DNA of 64,000 nucleotides from Eledone cirrhosa. Its lineage: Eukaryota. Below are positions 1 through 12,760 of this stretch, piece by piece. The position numbers and the translations under genes are program-made. Position 1 is the first letter of the stretch; the number at the start of each line of letters is the position of its first letter. The notes under the pieces were generated by a model, which was given only the letters and a program-made list of their open reading frames with translations, ran no database searches and was not told where the DNA came from. The stretch covers positions 408,332,001 to 408,396,000 of the forward strand of contig OZ024740.1 of assembly GCA_964016885.1 (NCBI GenBank), given 5' to 3'.

Positions 1-185
1 ATGGTAGTGTAATGAAAATGATGATCATCAGTTTTACTCAGTTTTACAAACTAGTATGGGTTGGACGAAATTTGTTGTTTTTATTTTTTTAGGCAGTATT
101 CTATAGATGGATTTTTAGGTTGGGTACTGATGTTTGCATGTTGAGCTGCTGCACTTCCGTTGATGCAGGACATAAAAAACATGAT

Positions 186-220
<35 letters not shown>

Positions 221-3200
221 GGCAGACTTTGTACAGTCTCAGTCTATAAAATTCATTCTCAAGGCAATATTAAAAGACATTAATTAGCCTAAGGTTCCAC
301 AAAGTGTAATGGAACCTGTAACTATGTGGTTGTGAAGCAAATTTCTTAACAACATAGCCACATCTGCCTTTAGTGGATTCTGTAACCACAAAGCCATGCC
401 TGTGCCTATAATGTATTCAGATCTTGGAACTTTGAAGTTGATTTAATGTATTCTTGTATTGGTTTCAATCATTGGGCTGCAACCAACCTTACTGGAGTAA
501 CACATTCAAGGGTTTAGTCAGTTGTATGGAACCCAGTACTTATTTCACTCTTGTATTAATTTTATTGGTCTCTATTTGTTGAACATCTAAGTTACAAAAC
601 ATAAGGGGACTCAATATAAACACAGGCATGGATATTCACACACAAACACACACATACTCAGTAATAAGACAGGTTTACTCTACAGGGTATACGACTGGCT
701 TCTGCACAGTTTGGTTTACCAAATCCTATTCATAAAGTAGATTGGTCAACCTGAGTGTATAGTAAAAGTTACTTGCTCAAGTATGGGATCAAACCCAGAA
801 GGTAAAAATAAAAATTAAATTTTGGAGCTTCAAAGTGAAGGTTAATGTTTATCATCAATCAGCTCTGATCAAGCAGACCTATTATTAAAGATATTCCAAC
901 TGTGACTATCCTGTCTTACTTTCATACACAGATCTGAAAGAGATCTGGCTGCTGTTTCTAGAAGTTTGAGTGACCACATCATTCATTCACCATGTTAATG
1001 TTGTTGTTATGCCCCTGGTCAGTTCTAATTGAGCATTCCAGCTGTGACCAGCCCATGTTTTCAGATAATATATCGAGGACTATGTTATCCAATGTTTTCT
1101 TCCCTTTTTAAAATGATAGATGTGGTTTGTGGAGTATATTGCTGCTATTTCTAGCAGGTTGAGTGATCATATTTTCAAATATATTAGATGTTTTATTATA
1201 TTAAATGTTCAAATGACAACAGTGAGAGATGTTATTCAAAATTAGCAATAAAAACTGATTCTGAAGTCAGGAAAACAAGTATAATTTAATTTGCATTTGA
1301 ATTATAATTTTGCTTTATTTATTAAGCTATGAAACTATTTTAGCAATATAGTTTAGTTTTTCTATGATGATCATGATAGTTTTGGAAATTATTTGTAATG
1401 AAAGTGGTTTTTAAATTAATAGAGAAAAATAGTTTCAGACCATTATTGATGACACACAGTGGTTGGCTGCTATAACTTCATCTTACATAGGGAACTATAA
1501 CTGTTGTTACCAATAGGAGACTAATTGTGAAAACTAGAGTAAATATTCTATTGCAAAGTTACATGTTATTCATCTCCACTTTTATAAGATGCTGAAGATA
1601 TGAAGGATTGTTTTATTGCAAAATTTTATTTTGAGATAGTGCGCTGCAAAATTTCCCTGCATGTTAATGAGACATAGACTTGTTTTTTTTTTTTGTTATT
1701 AGAGGCTTTGATAAATCATGGTGCTCATTTTTATAGTTTTGCTTTGACGTGATTCACTAGACCAGTGTATCACTGCACACTTTTACTATAAGGCTTTACT
1801 GTGCAGAAGATCTATAATTATCCACTTTATGTGTGTAATTCATGTTATAATAGTTTTTAAGTATTGTCCATGTTTTATGTTCACTTCTTTTATGATGCAG
1901 ATTAGAATCTCACTTGAAGTTCTGGTTGTTTGAATTGATTAGAGATGCAACATAGCAAAATATTCTGTCTCTGACTAGTTTCCTAATGCTCTTTGTTGCT
2001 AAACAGCTGTCATTGATAGATGTGTATAATGAAAGTACATATATGTTTATGAATACACAGGCAAATAATGTCTTTGAGAAAATGTATGACCTCCATGAAT
2101 TGTAATAACAACAAATTGAACATAGTTGATCCCATATTGAACTGAAACCAGTTTTAAATCACATCTGTTGCAAATTCTATGGTTGAATAAAATCAAGGCT
2201 GCTAAATCTCTATAAAATGTAGCTATTACTGCTTTTAATTATTATAATCAAGTAGCAGTTTGTTGGGTTTCATTTTCTGTATTTTATGCAAATGTGTTTC
2301 TGAATTCTCTACTTTTGAGAATGAATTAATTCACATTTAAAATTGTCATGTTTTTCTAAAGATTCAGTGAGTTTCTCTAAATTTGAATTCTGTTCTAGGA
2401 TCCTCCTAAAGTATTCCCAATTTAAACCCAATAGTAAATATAGAACTTAACCTTACTACAAATATTGGTGACGCTCATCATGATATTTATTAACAGAGTT
2501 AACATACTAGATTCTATACAATTTTAACATACAGTATATTCAGTATTTTTATATTTTCGAACCACAAAATAAACTAAAACCATTTATCTATTTAACTACC
2601 TACATCTCTAAACAACTCACCCACACATCCTATCTACATTAAAGAAAAATGTGATAGTTATTCAAAGCACATATATACCTATCTTCTTTTAGTAGATGTA
2701 TTTAGTTGTCACTAAAAGTTTAATACACTCTATCTATATTTTTCTTAACATTAACATGACATGCAGAAAACTTTATTATGCATAAACTGAGAAGCATCTT
2801 CTTTTATGGAAATCTATTCAGATATACACAGCAGAAGATTGTATTCTAACTACACACCATCATGAAAAGAAAGAACATTTTAGAATTTGTTTTGAATCAT
2901 TTTTAAAAAATACCCTAATCTATAAAGGAAATAGCCAGTTGAATATAAAATGATGCATAAGTTAATAATAAATTTTTTTATTATAAAAGCTAATGGCCTT
3001 TTAGTTCATATTTATTTTACAAAAGATTCTATTCTTAGTGACTATTGTGATAATCGTTTCTCTGTATCGTTATTGCATATCCTTATTATCTTACCCACTG
3101 ATATTTTTGGTTATTTTTGTCTTTCTGAATTTAATAGAAAAGTTTTCATGATAGCAATCACTTTCCAGGCTCAAAATATTTCATCATCATCACCACAACA

Positions 3201-3295
3201 GCGATGACTACCACTACCACCATCATCATCATATTTACATCCATTTGTTTATGCTGTTATGAGAAAATGTTTAGAACGAAAATCAGTACTATGAA

Positions 3296-3450
3296 GACAG
3301 AGACACTTGTCCTCTCAAGGAAGCCTGTACAGTGTACTCTACTCTACTCGTGAGTGGAGTTTCACTGAAACAGCTGGGGAAGTTCAAGTATCTTGGGACC
3401 ATGTTCATGAGTGATGGAACAAAGGAGGCTGGATTATGCACAAGATTTGC
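3296..3450 (+). pseudogene. RTE-clade LINE reverse transcriptase fragment
   Basis: Hand translation gives ETLVLSRKPVQC..VSGVSLKQLGKFKYLGTMFMSDG. The FKYLG motif is typical of the non-LTR RT C-terminal block. Confidence 0.6.
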
Positions 3451-4939
3451 AGCTTCAGCATTTCTGTAAGAAATCAATATCTGACTATCAAATCCTGTAA
3501 AAGACTTATTTTCTCAAATGTCTTTAGCAATTTTTTCTGCACTGATTTCTTGTTTCTCTATGTTTCTAGGCTATATTGGAACATATTATTAGCTATGACA
3601 TTTTCCTTCCTTATTTTCACTTTCAGTTATAAAATGGTACCTGGTTGTTTCAGTGCCTTAGCGTATTGGCTTACCTCAAAATATTTCATTGACTCTTGTG
3701 ATGTGCGGTCGATTGTTGCACTTGGTGGTGAATTGATGGTCCTTTTTGTTTTGTTTCCCTTTTTTTTTCTCTTTTCTCTCACTCTGCTAATATATTTTGG
3801 TGTGTTGTATTTGTGAGGTTCCTAGCAATAGTTAACTGTATTTGTTATATGTGTTTATATTTTCATTCTAAAGGAATTGTGAGCAATTTATAATGTTATT
3901 TATGTATATTTAAAACAAATAAATTCCTTTAAATGGGCCACAAATCAGAAACAATGTATTAGATGTATGGGTAATATTAATTTATGCCGAAGCTAAACAA
4001 GAACTAGAAGGAATTTGTAGATATTCTAGAAGGTGGTGAATACCTTTTATCATCACCTCTACTAGAACACGATAGAGATGATTTGTTGTAAAATAAACCA
4101 TACATATGGATTGAAAGAATAGAAGTATAAGAGAAATGTCTTAACCACATTAATGATATATAATTTATATTTAAAATGAATTTTACTTCAGTTCAATGGT
4201 TATAATAGAAGTCAATGTGGTAAATGAAGAGGATGAGTCAAGTTTCATCTGTTTTAGGTTTTCACTTTGATTTCTGTCCCCTCAATCAACATAACATAAA
4301 CTCCTAAACCAATAGCTCAGATATGAAGTGTGTAAAATACAAAACATAAGTGAGATCTGGGAGATAAGATTATCAGAAGAAAACTCTTATTTTGAAAGCT
4401 ATAATCTTAACTATTATATTTTTATTAGCATTAAAATCACTATATATTGTTTTGTTATTTTATCATTCTATAGCTAATAGATACTAGATTTTAATCTAAT
4501 ATTTGAATTAGAATGACACATTGCCCATAAGTCAGCCCTCTGTTGTGAGATAATGTGATAGCTAATTTAGTTTGAAACATTTTAAGTTAGTGTAAATAAT
4601 AAAGAACTGCTTGTAAAATTTACTGTTGTTTTTTAGAAAATGAAGTAGAATTTAAGTGTTATAAGTCACAAAAATAAGTGTTCTGTTTTAATTTAAATAG
4701 AAAAATATGAAAACTACAAAATCTGAAGACTAATGTCTGTTATAGAAGAGGAGAGAAGATATGGAATGTTAATGAACCAGAAATTGTAGTCTTTCATTAA
4801 ATAAGTGTTTATTGATTATAAAGATATCTGCATTTTGATTGCAGGATTCAATTAATCAGATAAACATTGCTGCACCAGGATTTCAATAATCATATAGAAA
4901 CATTACCTCAGGCAGGTTGACTAATACATTGAAATTTAG

Positions 4940-5258
4940 TAGATGGAGACAGTGCAGAGAGACAGATATAACATTTTTCAAACCTCCATCCTCTCTCCCT
5001 CTCTTCTGATGACACCCTCCCAATTTGTCTTTCCTCCCCTTCACATCCTTTATTCCTCCTTCCTTACCCAACCCATCCCCACATGGAAAAATGAATGCAC
5101 CTTACCGACGGTACCACATGATGTTGCCCACTCAATCCCTCACTTCAAGACCACCTCTGTGACTTACTTCCCTCCACTCACATCTCTGATTCCACGTTCC
5201 TCAGTCAACAATGACCCCGCTCTCTCTTCACCGCCATTTAAACAGTGATGATGATGAT
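4940..5258 (+). mobile_element. Probable 3' end of a LINE/SINE with (GAT)n tail
   Basis: C-rich block ending TTTAAACAG(TGA)n, similar to the other RTE-type tails in the window. No recognisable protein. Confidence 0.3.
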
Positions 5259-5282
5259 TTTGTGTGTGTGTGTGTGTGTGTA

Positions 5283-5480
5283 TCTATATATATAAAACTG
5301 AGGTTGTCTGTCTACTAAAACAGTTGGCACACATCTCCTCCTAAACCGTTCGTTCAAATTTAGGTAAAATTGCTACACTTATAGATGAAGGTCCGGCGGA
5401 GACATCGGTCAAAGAATTTTCAAATCGACCCACGCCAAGTGCAAAAATCGAATTTGTAATGTATTGATTTTTCAGTTCAA
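5283..5480 (+). mobile_element. Helitron/Helentron-like non-autonomous 5' fragment
   Basis: Starts TCTATATATATAAAACTGAGGTTGTCTGTCT and contains ...TCTCCTCCTAAACCG..., resembling invertebrate non-autonomous Helitron 5' ends. Pattern recall only. Confidence 0.35.
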
Positions 5481-6441
5481 ATGTATAAATAGAGATGAGA
5501 GACGAGTTATTTCCCTTTTATGGCGTCATTTGTTTATATATTTACGTTACAAACAAACTACGCGTACAAAAATACGCGAACAGTTTTCGGGGCAGCAAAA
5601 TTTTAACCTGCAAAATTCATGAGTTCGAAGTTTCAACATTAAGCTTCCATTTTGCTTCATTTCCATTAAAAAGTCTTTTAAAACAATATTGCAGCACATC
5701 AGCCTCGCCATCACCTGAGGCAACGCTGCGAGTGTGCTGGCTTGCCTCAAAAATCATTAGAGAGGTTGCCCGGTACTTGCGACGTTGCTGTCTTTTGCTC
5801 TGGTGTTGGCTCCGTTGTTCACCCTTCCTTTACATTTTCTTTAAATATTGTAGCATTGAAGGAATATATCTTTCATTGTATCATCCTTTGTGTTACCGAG
5901 GCATTTGTAATGTTATTTATGTATATATATTTAAAAAATATTTGTTATGTTATTCTACTGTAAATTTATTTATATACTCTGTTTATATTTTCATTCTGAA
6001 GTAATGTTGTTTGTGCAACTATGAATAAAATATTTTTACTTGAAAACAAGCCTATTTGAATACACTACTACCCTCAAAAATCTATGAAACTACATAGATG
6101 TTGCAACTCTCTCTCTCTATATATATATATATATCACACACACACATATACATATACATCTAAAGAGAGAAAGGGAGATGTAGAGAGAGAGAGTGAGATA
6201 GGTCGTTATACAGAGAGAAGTACAAGATAATCAGATAGAGAGACAGAGAGAGAGAATGGCGACGAATGCTGGTTCACACACACAAACACATATATATAAA
6301 GACAGAGAGAGAGAGAGAGAGAGAGATCTGCGCGTTCTTTATTGTTCTCCATTCTGTAGAGGAAGAGAGAGAGAGGGGGTATGAGTGAGAGAGAAAGAGA
6401 GAGAGAGGGTATGAGAAAAATTGGGAGAGGGGTTGAGAAAG

Positions 6442-6797
6442 AAAGTTTAAGCAAAGAATCGCTGCTTTCAACATTAACGGGATCTTCTGAAGCTAAAAAA
6501 TTCAATCTGTGATCGCAGAATTAAATATTTCGAGAAACGTTGCAACGAAGGAAAACAGGAAGACGATATTTTGGTTCATGAAGACCTTCCCTGGTAATGA
6601 ACAGAAAAAAAGCGAAGATAATACGTCGTTATGTGGACCGAGAAAAACAATTTCATGCAGAGACAAGACCAAGTTTATGGTGTAAATGGAGTCGTTAAAC
6701 TAATATTCTATTTAAAATAACCGAATGATTTCCAGCCCCGGAGTTTAAGAATGATGTAAATAAAATTGTAAACGAAAATGACAGAGGTTATTAAAAT
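6442..6797 (-). mobile_element. Diverged PLE family A pLTR fragment with hammerhead remnant
   Basis: Aligns by eye to 10700-11175 (AAAGTTTAAGCAAAGAATCGCTGCTTTCA...ACAGAGGT). Has only one copy of the internal ~140-bp unit. Confidence 0.85.
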
Positions 6798-7803
6798 AGT
6801 TGTTTCTACTTTTGGCACAAGGCCAGCAATTACCCAGTACAGCAATTACCCAGTACAAAGTTCAGAGATCTTATACCACTATTGGCCGCTAAAGGGTTCT
6901 CTCTAAAAATGAAAGGCAGGCTGTATGATGCCTGCATACGAACAGCAATGTTACATGGCAGTGAGACCTGGGCATTCTGTGCAGAGGATATATGCAGACT
7001 GGAGAGAAACGAAGCTTGCATGCTCCGCTGGATGTGTAATAGTAATATACGTGAACAGCAAAGCATAAACGAACTAAGGGAGAAATTAGGAATAAGAGGG
7101 ATCAGATGTTGTTTACTCGAGAGAAGACAACGTTGGTACGGTCACGTGATGCGCATGAAAGACAACAGCTGTATAAAAAAGTGCAGGGCGTTAAAAATAG
7201 ACGGTAGCCACAGAGTAGGTAGACCCAGAAAAACCTGGGACGACTTGATAAATTCCGACCTCACACACTTACACCTCTCCAAGACAATGTCACTGGACCG
7301 AGAGCTTTGGTGCTACACAGTCATACAGAAGACCCGCCTTGTCTAAGTACAAAGCGGAACCTACTACAGTCAGTAGGTACCTCTAACAAAATACACCCCC
7401 ACCCTCCACCCCATCCACACCACCCCTTTCAATGTAAAGTTATGTTGGTACCACAACATCCAGTCCTAAATAAATGAGGTCGTGTAGGTGTCATGACAAA
7501 AATACGCACAGTCCACGCTGTAATGTGGCCGTGTAGGTAACACGGTAAAAACCTTCCAGTTCCACACTGTAAACGTGGTTGGTGTTAGGAAGGGCATCCA
7601 GTCGTAGAAAACCCGCCAGACAGTCCTATGCGAGCAGGACAACCAATCTTGCCTCAAGTGGGAAAACTCCCGTCCAAACCCATGCAAGCGTGGAAGATGG
7701 ACGTTAAACGATGATAATGATGATGATGATGATTACTGGTACTTTATTTTATCAACCCCGTAAGGATGAAAGGCAAAGTTAACCTTGACGGGATTTTAAC
7801 TTT
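6797..7803 (-). mobile_element. SINE family B copy split by an RTE insertion (pieces 6797-6857 and 7733-7803)
   Basis: The two flanks join to give the sequence that is contiguous at 17742-17930 and 21711-21900. Confidence 0.8.
6858..7732 (+). mobile_element. 5'-truncated RTE LINE (family RTE-1): ORF C-terminus to 7346, 3'UTR, (GAT)n tail
   Basis: ORF 6882-7346 has KGRLYDACIRTAMLHGSETW, RWYGHVMRM and GRPRKTW. Near-identical to 44941-45657. Confidence 0.92.
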
Positions 7804-7807
7804 GCCT

Positions 7808-8345
7808 TAAAATAGTAAAAGTAAATAGTGAAAATTTAAGCCAGTACATACGTATGCGCCGACAGAACACACATACATATACATACGCACACACAAATAC
7901 ATACACACACACACACGCATGTGTGTGTAAACCTTATGCATTTCTACAGTATTTTCACCAAACTTAAGACATAGGTTACTTATGTACTCCGGATGGTCAT
8001 GGGTGCTTTTATTTTTCCAGATATTGATTATAGGGCCTCCCGGCAGATAACCCCCTTTAACCACCTCCTTGGAGTCGACTGAAGCACTGCAGGGCAATGC
8101 AACAAAACGTCAAAACTTCTGGAGTTCGCAACCGATTTTCACAAAACTTGACACATGGACTACCTTTGTTCTACAAATGAATGTGAACTCTCAGAATTGG
8201 CACATATTGAGTAGGGGACCCCTGGGGGCAGGAATCCCCTTTTGGAAAAAGCCGATGATTTTGTAAAAGTATAGTTTTCGAAGCAGCTCTGAAGTATTGA
8301 CATAAATGGTATACATAATTGCTATTTAATACCCGAGCAACTAGT
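7808..8345 (+). mobile_element. Helentron/Helitron-like non-autonomous element
   Basis: Internal microsatellite, ATTTTCACCAAACTT / CCGATTTTCACAAAACTT motifs, and a 3' end CCCGAGCAACTAG followed by T. Confidence 0.4.
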
Positions 8346-8374
8346 ATATATATATATATATATATTGATGTGAT

Positions 8375-8644
8375 AGACTGAGGTGATAGACTGAGGTGGT
8401 ATGGACATGTGATGCGCATGGAGGATGACCGATGGGTGAAGAAGTGCCAGGAAATGCCAGTTGAAGGAAGACGTGGTAGAGGTAGACCACGAAAAACATG
8501 GGCGGAGGTGGTGAGAACAGACCTCAGATCATTGAAGCTCATGGTGGAGATGACGAAGGACCGTGATGAGTGGAGAGATGCTGTGCTGAATAAGACCCGT
8601 CCCACCCTTGCAAGCAGGGAAAAGCGGACGTAAAATGATGATGA
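8375..8644 (+). mobile_element. 5'-truncated RTE LINE (family RTE-2)
   Basis: RLRWYGHVMRMEDDRWVKKC..GRGRPRKTW..RDEWRDAV followed by a (ATG)n tail. Matches 14080-14600 and 53188-53400. Confidence 0.9.
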
Positions 8645-8705
8645 TATATATATATATAAAAGTGAAGAATAACATGGTCAACAGTACAGATGAGGAGATT
8701 TATTT

Positions 8706-8816
8706 ACAGTCTAACAATTGTTTCCATGATAGAGTTGTCTATAAATTGCTAAACACTGAAGACAGCATAATTCAATTTAAAATACATATAACTTCAATTA
8801 TTTCATCAGAAACTAT
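8706..8816 (-). ncRNA. Type I hammerhead ribozyme, long stem II (sense copy)
   Basis: Reverse complement of the motif at 10272-10382: CUGAUGA...GAAACAAUUGUU. Confidence 0.7.
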
Positions 8817-10271
8817 TAAGAAATACAAAATACATGCGCAACGGTAAACTTAAAAATTAAAACTACTACATTAATAATAGTATTAATGATAAAGAAATAA
8901 AGGAAGGGTGACATATGGAAAAGAGAGAGAAAAGAAGAAGATGAAGAAAGAGAGGACGAAGATATAGTTAAATGTATAACCGGCAAATTTACGAAATCAA
9001 ACTATCACATCAAAATAAATAAATATAATATTAATAATAAAGATACAGATAGAAAGACAGAAGGGGGTGGGGGGGGGGGTAGTAAAGGCATAGAAGAAGG
9101 ATTAATAAGGAAGAAAAGAAAGAGATAGAGGAAGATTAAGAGGGAGGAATGAGGCAGGGAGGGATAAAAGTTAATGATAAATACGGGATATGAAAGAGAG
9201 AAAAAGAAAATAAACAGACGGACAAATATACATTATTGGAGGGATGAAAACAAATAAGAGATAGAGATTTAAGCATAGAGATAAATTAATAAATAAATAA
9301 ATAAATAATTGCATAAATAAGATGAAATGATAGATAAATAAATAAATAAATAGATAGGTGAAAAAATAAACAATTTACATCTATTGTTATATAAAATAGT
9401 ATATGTGAAACGCAGAGATGAAAATAAATAAATAAATAAATAAATAATAAATAAATAAATAAATGAATAATAATAAATAAATAATTGGATATTTAAATAA
9501 GTAAATTAGCTAGTTTGAGATGTATTACATGATAGGAGAAAATGATCGAGATGAAATAGGTTTAAGTAGAGAAATGTAAAGACAAATGGTGAAAGATGTA
9601 GGTGTATAAATAAGATAATAAATGATGTAAATACAAATAAAATGAAAATAATGATGTAAATACAAATGTTCTGAAGTTGTTCATTCGGAATTATAAAGTG
9701 TGTGATAATCTGATATCTTAATAGGTACTAAAGGTATTAAAAAGGAATAAGGAGTAGAAGATGGAGTTAAGTTGGTCTAAAGTTCAGGAATTTCATTACT
9801 GATTTATGCCAGCAAAAGATAGTTCGTTCAAATCTACTGTTAAGAAGGGTTTTACTAAAATTAAGAATTTGGAAGAGCTCCATATTACAGAGCCTACAAT
9901 GGGACATACCAGTTTGATAGGCCTTAGCTTTGACAGTATTGTCCAACTGATCTCATATTCAATGCCTGCATTCCTGAGTTGCCATATTTTGTTGGCAAGA
10001 GTTGTTTTATTTGATTGATTCTTATTAATCATAGAATGTCTGTGCACGTACCACCGTTTTTTTAAAACACCAGCTGTGGAACCAATGTGATACCATGCCA
10101 AGCTACCTGAGTTGATAGTACACAAGTATAATACGTTTTTCTCCAGGCATCTGTTTAGTAGAGGGCATTTGTCAGGTAAGTGGCAGTTGCATAGAAATGC
10201 TTTCCTATGCGCCGGTTCTACTATATGATTTTGAAGATTGTTATGTATGGGCTGCGAATTAGGTTTGTTGA

Positions 10272-10382
10272 ATAGTTTCTGATGAAATGATTGGAGTTAT
10301 ATGTATTTTAAATTGAATTATGCTGTCTTCAGTGTTTAGCCATTTATAGACAACTCTATCATGGAAACAATTGTTAGACTGT
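10272..10382 (+). ncRNA. Type I hammerhead ribozyme, long stem II (inverted-arm copy)
   Basis: ATAGTTT-CTGATGA(10279)-[78 nt closing as ATGATtGGAGTT/AACTCTATCAT]-GAAA(10364)-CAATTG-T-T-AGACTGT. Stem I is 7 bp with two G.U pairs. Confidence 0.72.
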
Positions 10383-10542
10383 AAATAAATCTCCTTATCT
10401 GTACTTTTTTATTACTCCAAGATATATTTACATAGGAATACAAGCGAAGTCAAAAACTCGTCACCCACGTAAACCTCTTGTTGAGTCACATAGCACCGTA
10501 CGCTTAAACTGTCCATGATAAGTAGTTTTCACAGACTCTTAT

Positions 10543-10593
<51 letters not shown>

Positions 10594-10691
10594 ATAGTAA
10601 TAATAATAAATTTGAAGACTAAAATCCAAAGAGGGCTCGATAAGGATATATCAAATATATAAGAACCGTAGAGCAAATATTTATTAAAATA

Positions 10692-10767
10692 ACAGATTAA
10701 AGTTTAAGCAAAGAATCGCTGCTTTCACCATTAACGGGATCTTCTGAAACTAACAAAGTCAATCTGT
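10692..10767 (-). ncRNA. Variant hammerhead (U4A), family A
   Basis: Same fold as 46892-46967, with one substitution in stem II. Confidence 0.65.
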
Positions 10768-11926
10768 AAACGCAGAAGTGAATATTTCAAAAAACGTTGC
10801 AACCAGAGGAAGACAGGAAGACGATACTTTGGTTCGTGGAAACGTTCCCTGGCAAAGAACGGGAAAAAACGAATATAATACGTCTTTATTTGGAGTGGTG
10901 AAAAACAATTACCCGCAAAGACAGAACCACGTTTATGGTATAAAAGAAGTCGTAGACTAATATTCTCTTAGGTGGTGCATAGAGACGTTCTCTGGCAATG
11001 AACGGAAAAAACGAAGATAATACGTTATATGTGGAGCGTGGAGAACAATTGCACGCAAAGACAAAACCACGTAAATGGTATAGCCGAAGTCGTAGACTAA
11101 AATTCTAACTAGGAAACCGAATGATTCTCCGCTTCAGAGTTAAGAATAAAGTAAATAAAATACAGAGGTAATTGAAATTAAATAAATACATACACGCATC
11201 CTAATACGTACATACACAAGCATACGCGAAAACACTCGCCATAGGTATACAAATACACGCACATATAAATATGTGTGTGTGTGTGTGCGTGTATACAAAT
11301 AATTAAATAAACGTATATAAATAAATACGTATATAACAAGCGCACACACATACCTACATGTAAATACACAAATGTTCGGAAACGTACGTCAACCAAAACA
11401 CGAACTACACATATACACACACCCTACATACGTACGAACCCGCATACTCACACAGACGCAAAACTCACGTATACACATAATCAAAAGCATATGTACCAGA
11501 ATATATAAAATATACGCCATAACATATACAATCAAATATACGTACGAGAAAGTATACGTACCTTCACAAAACATACAGGTAATTTATACTTACCTATGCA
11601 AATAAGTTATGGTATAAACATAACATATACTTAGCTACCACATCAAGACGTAGAATATCCGTGTATAGATCGTGCTATCCGTTAGGGTATAACGTGGGGC
11701 TGTAATACAGGAAAGTTTTGTGCAATTTATCTTTACAAGCCGAAATTGCCTCAGATTTTTTGTTTAAGATGTGGTCTGTGGCGTAGAGTATTTCCAGGGC
11801 CTCAGCGGCGCAGAGGTCACATGGTCTTTTATTTCCGTTATACGATCTAGCCCTAGCTAGGATCTCCCAGTGTAACTTATATTGGGTGTGGTTGCAACGT
11901 TTTTTTAAATATCCACTTCTGCGTTT

Positions 11927-12002
11927 ACAGATTGACTTTGTTAGTTTCAGAAGATCCCGTTAAGGGTGAAAACAGCGATTCTTTGCTTAAACTTTAATCT
12001 GT
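11927..12002 (+). ncRNA. Variant hammerhead (U4A), family A inverted-arm copy
   Basis: ACAGATTGA..AGTTT-CAGAAGA-TCCCGTTAAGGGT-GAAA-aCAGCGATTCTTTGC-TT-AAACT-TTAATCTGT. Position 15.2 is mutated G>A. Confidence 0.6.
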
Positions 12003-12009
12003 TATTTTA

Positions 12010-12049
<40 letters not shown>

Positions 12050-12136
12050 ACAGGGAGAAAAAGACGATTATTAGGAAGAAAAAAAAAATTTTTTTTTCCC
12101 TTTTTTATTTCTTTCTCTCTTATATATATATAATGG

Positions 12137-12473
12137 AGGCACATGGCTTAGTGGTTAGAGCATTGGCCTTGCAATCGAAAGATTGTGAGTTCAATTCTCA
12201 GACCGAGTGATGTGTTGTTTCCTTGAGCAAGACACTTTATTTCACATTGCTCCAGTTTACTCAGCTGTAGAAATGAGATGATAGGGACTGGTGTCCCTAT
12301 CATTCCACTGCAAAGTGGTCGTGGAGGTGACACGGCAAAAAAGCACCCAACACTCACTGTAAATGAGGTTGGTGTTAGGAAGGGCATCCAGCTGTAGAAA
12401 TCAAGCCAGAATCAGTTCCCGTCCCACCCTTGCAAGCAGGGAAAAGCGGACGTAAAATGATGATGATGATGAT
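12137..12473 (+). mobile_element. tRNA-derived SINE family A, full length, RTE-2-type tail
   Basis: A box TGGCTTAGTGG, B box GAGTTCAATTC, CCTTGAGCAAGACACTT core. The last ~45 nt are identical to the end of RTE-2 at 8596-8644. Confidence 0.88.
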
Positions 12474-12489
12474 ATATGTGTGTGTGTTG

Positions 12490-12760
12490 ATGGATCGCCG
12501 TCATTTCCAATTAATGGAACTGCCTGCTTAGTAAATTAATATGTAAGTGGCTGAGCATTTCACAAATACATGCATCCTTTATGTTAGGAGATTTAATGCA
12601 ACAAGACTGGCCCCCTGAATTACAGGTAGAACTTACGTTTGCCAGCCGAGTGAACAAGAGCAATGTGAAATAAAGTGTCTTGTTTAAGGACACAGCAGCC
12701 GGTCTGGGAATCGAACTTATGACTTTTCAGTTGTGTGTCAAACACCATAACCTATTCACA
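12490..12760 (-). mobile_element. tRNA-derived SINE (related head, different body)
   Basis: Minus strand has GTTCGATTCCC and CCTTAAACAAGACACTTTATTTCACATTGCTC. Related to 26130-26420 (+). Confidence 0.6.

Larger units (their letters stand above)
8657..10547 (-). mobile_element. Penelope-like element (family B), 5'-truncated, with inverted pLTR arm
   Basis: Frameshifted GIY-YIG remnant at ~9770-10200 (CNCHLPDKCPLLNRC..VLY..HIGST..KKRWYVH..CRLC). 8684-8817 and 10271-10405 are reverse complements. (TA)n on both flanks. Confidence 0.88.
10597..12015 (-). mobile_element. Penelope-like element (family A), 5'-truncated, with inverted pLTR arm
   Basis: 11675-11894 matches the 3' end of ORF 47876-48811. 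The 3'UTR matches 46792-47875. 11889-12015 is the reverse complement of ~10679-10805. Flanked by (TA)n. Confidence 0.93.

Noticed and set aside
855-1170. Loose two-unit duplication (TCAG.TCT.AT..AGCA / GCTGT.TTTCTAG)
   Set aside because: Too diverged to classify. Probably two old copies of a common repeat.
5495-6004. 169-aa ORF
   Set aside because: Composition of random AT-rich sequence with no motifs. Lies next to repeat fragments.
12137-12210. tRNA gene (A and B boxes)
   Set aside because: No proper acceptor stem. It continues into a multi-copy SINE body.
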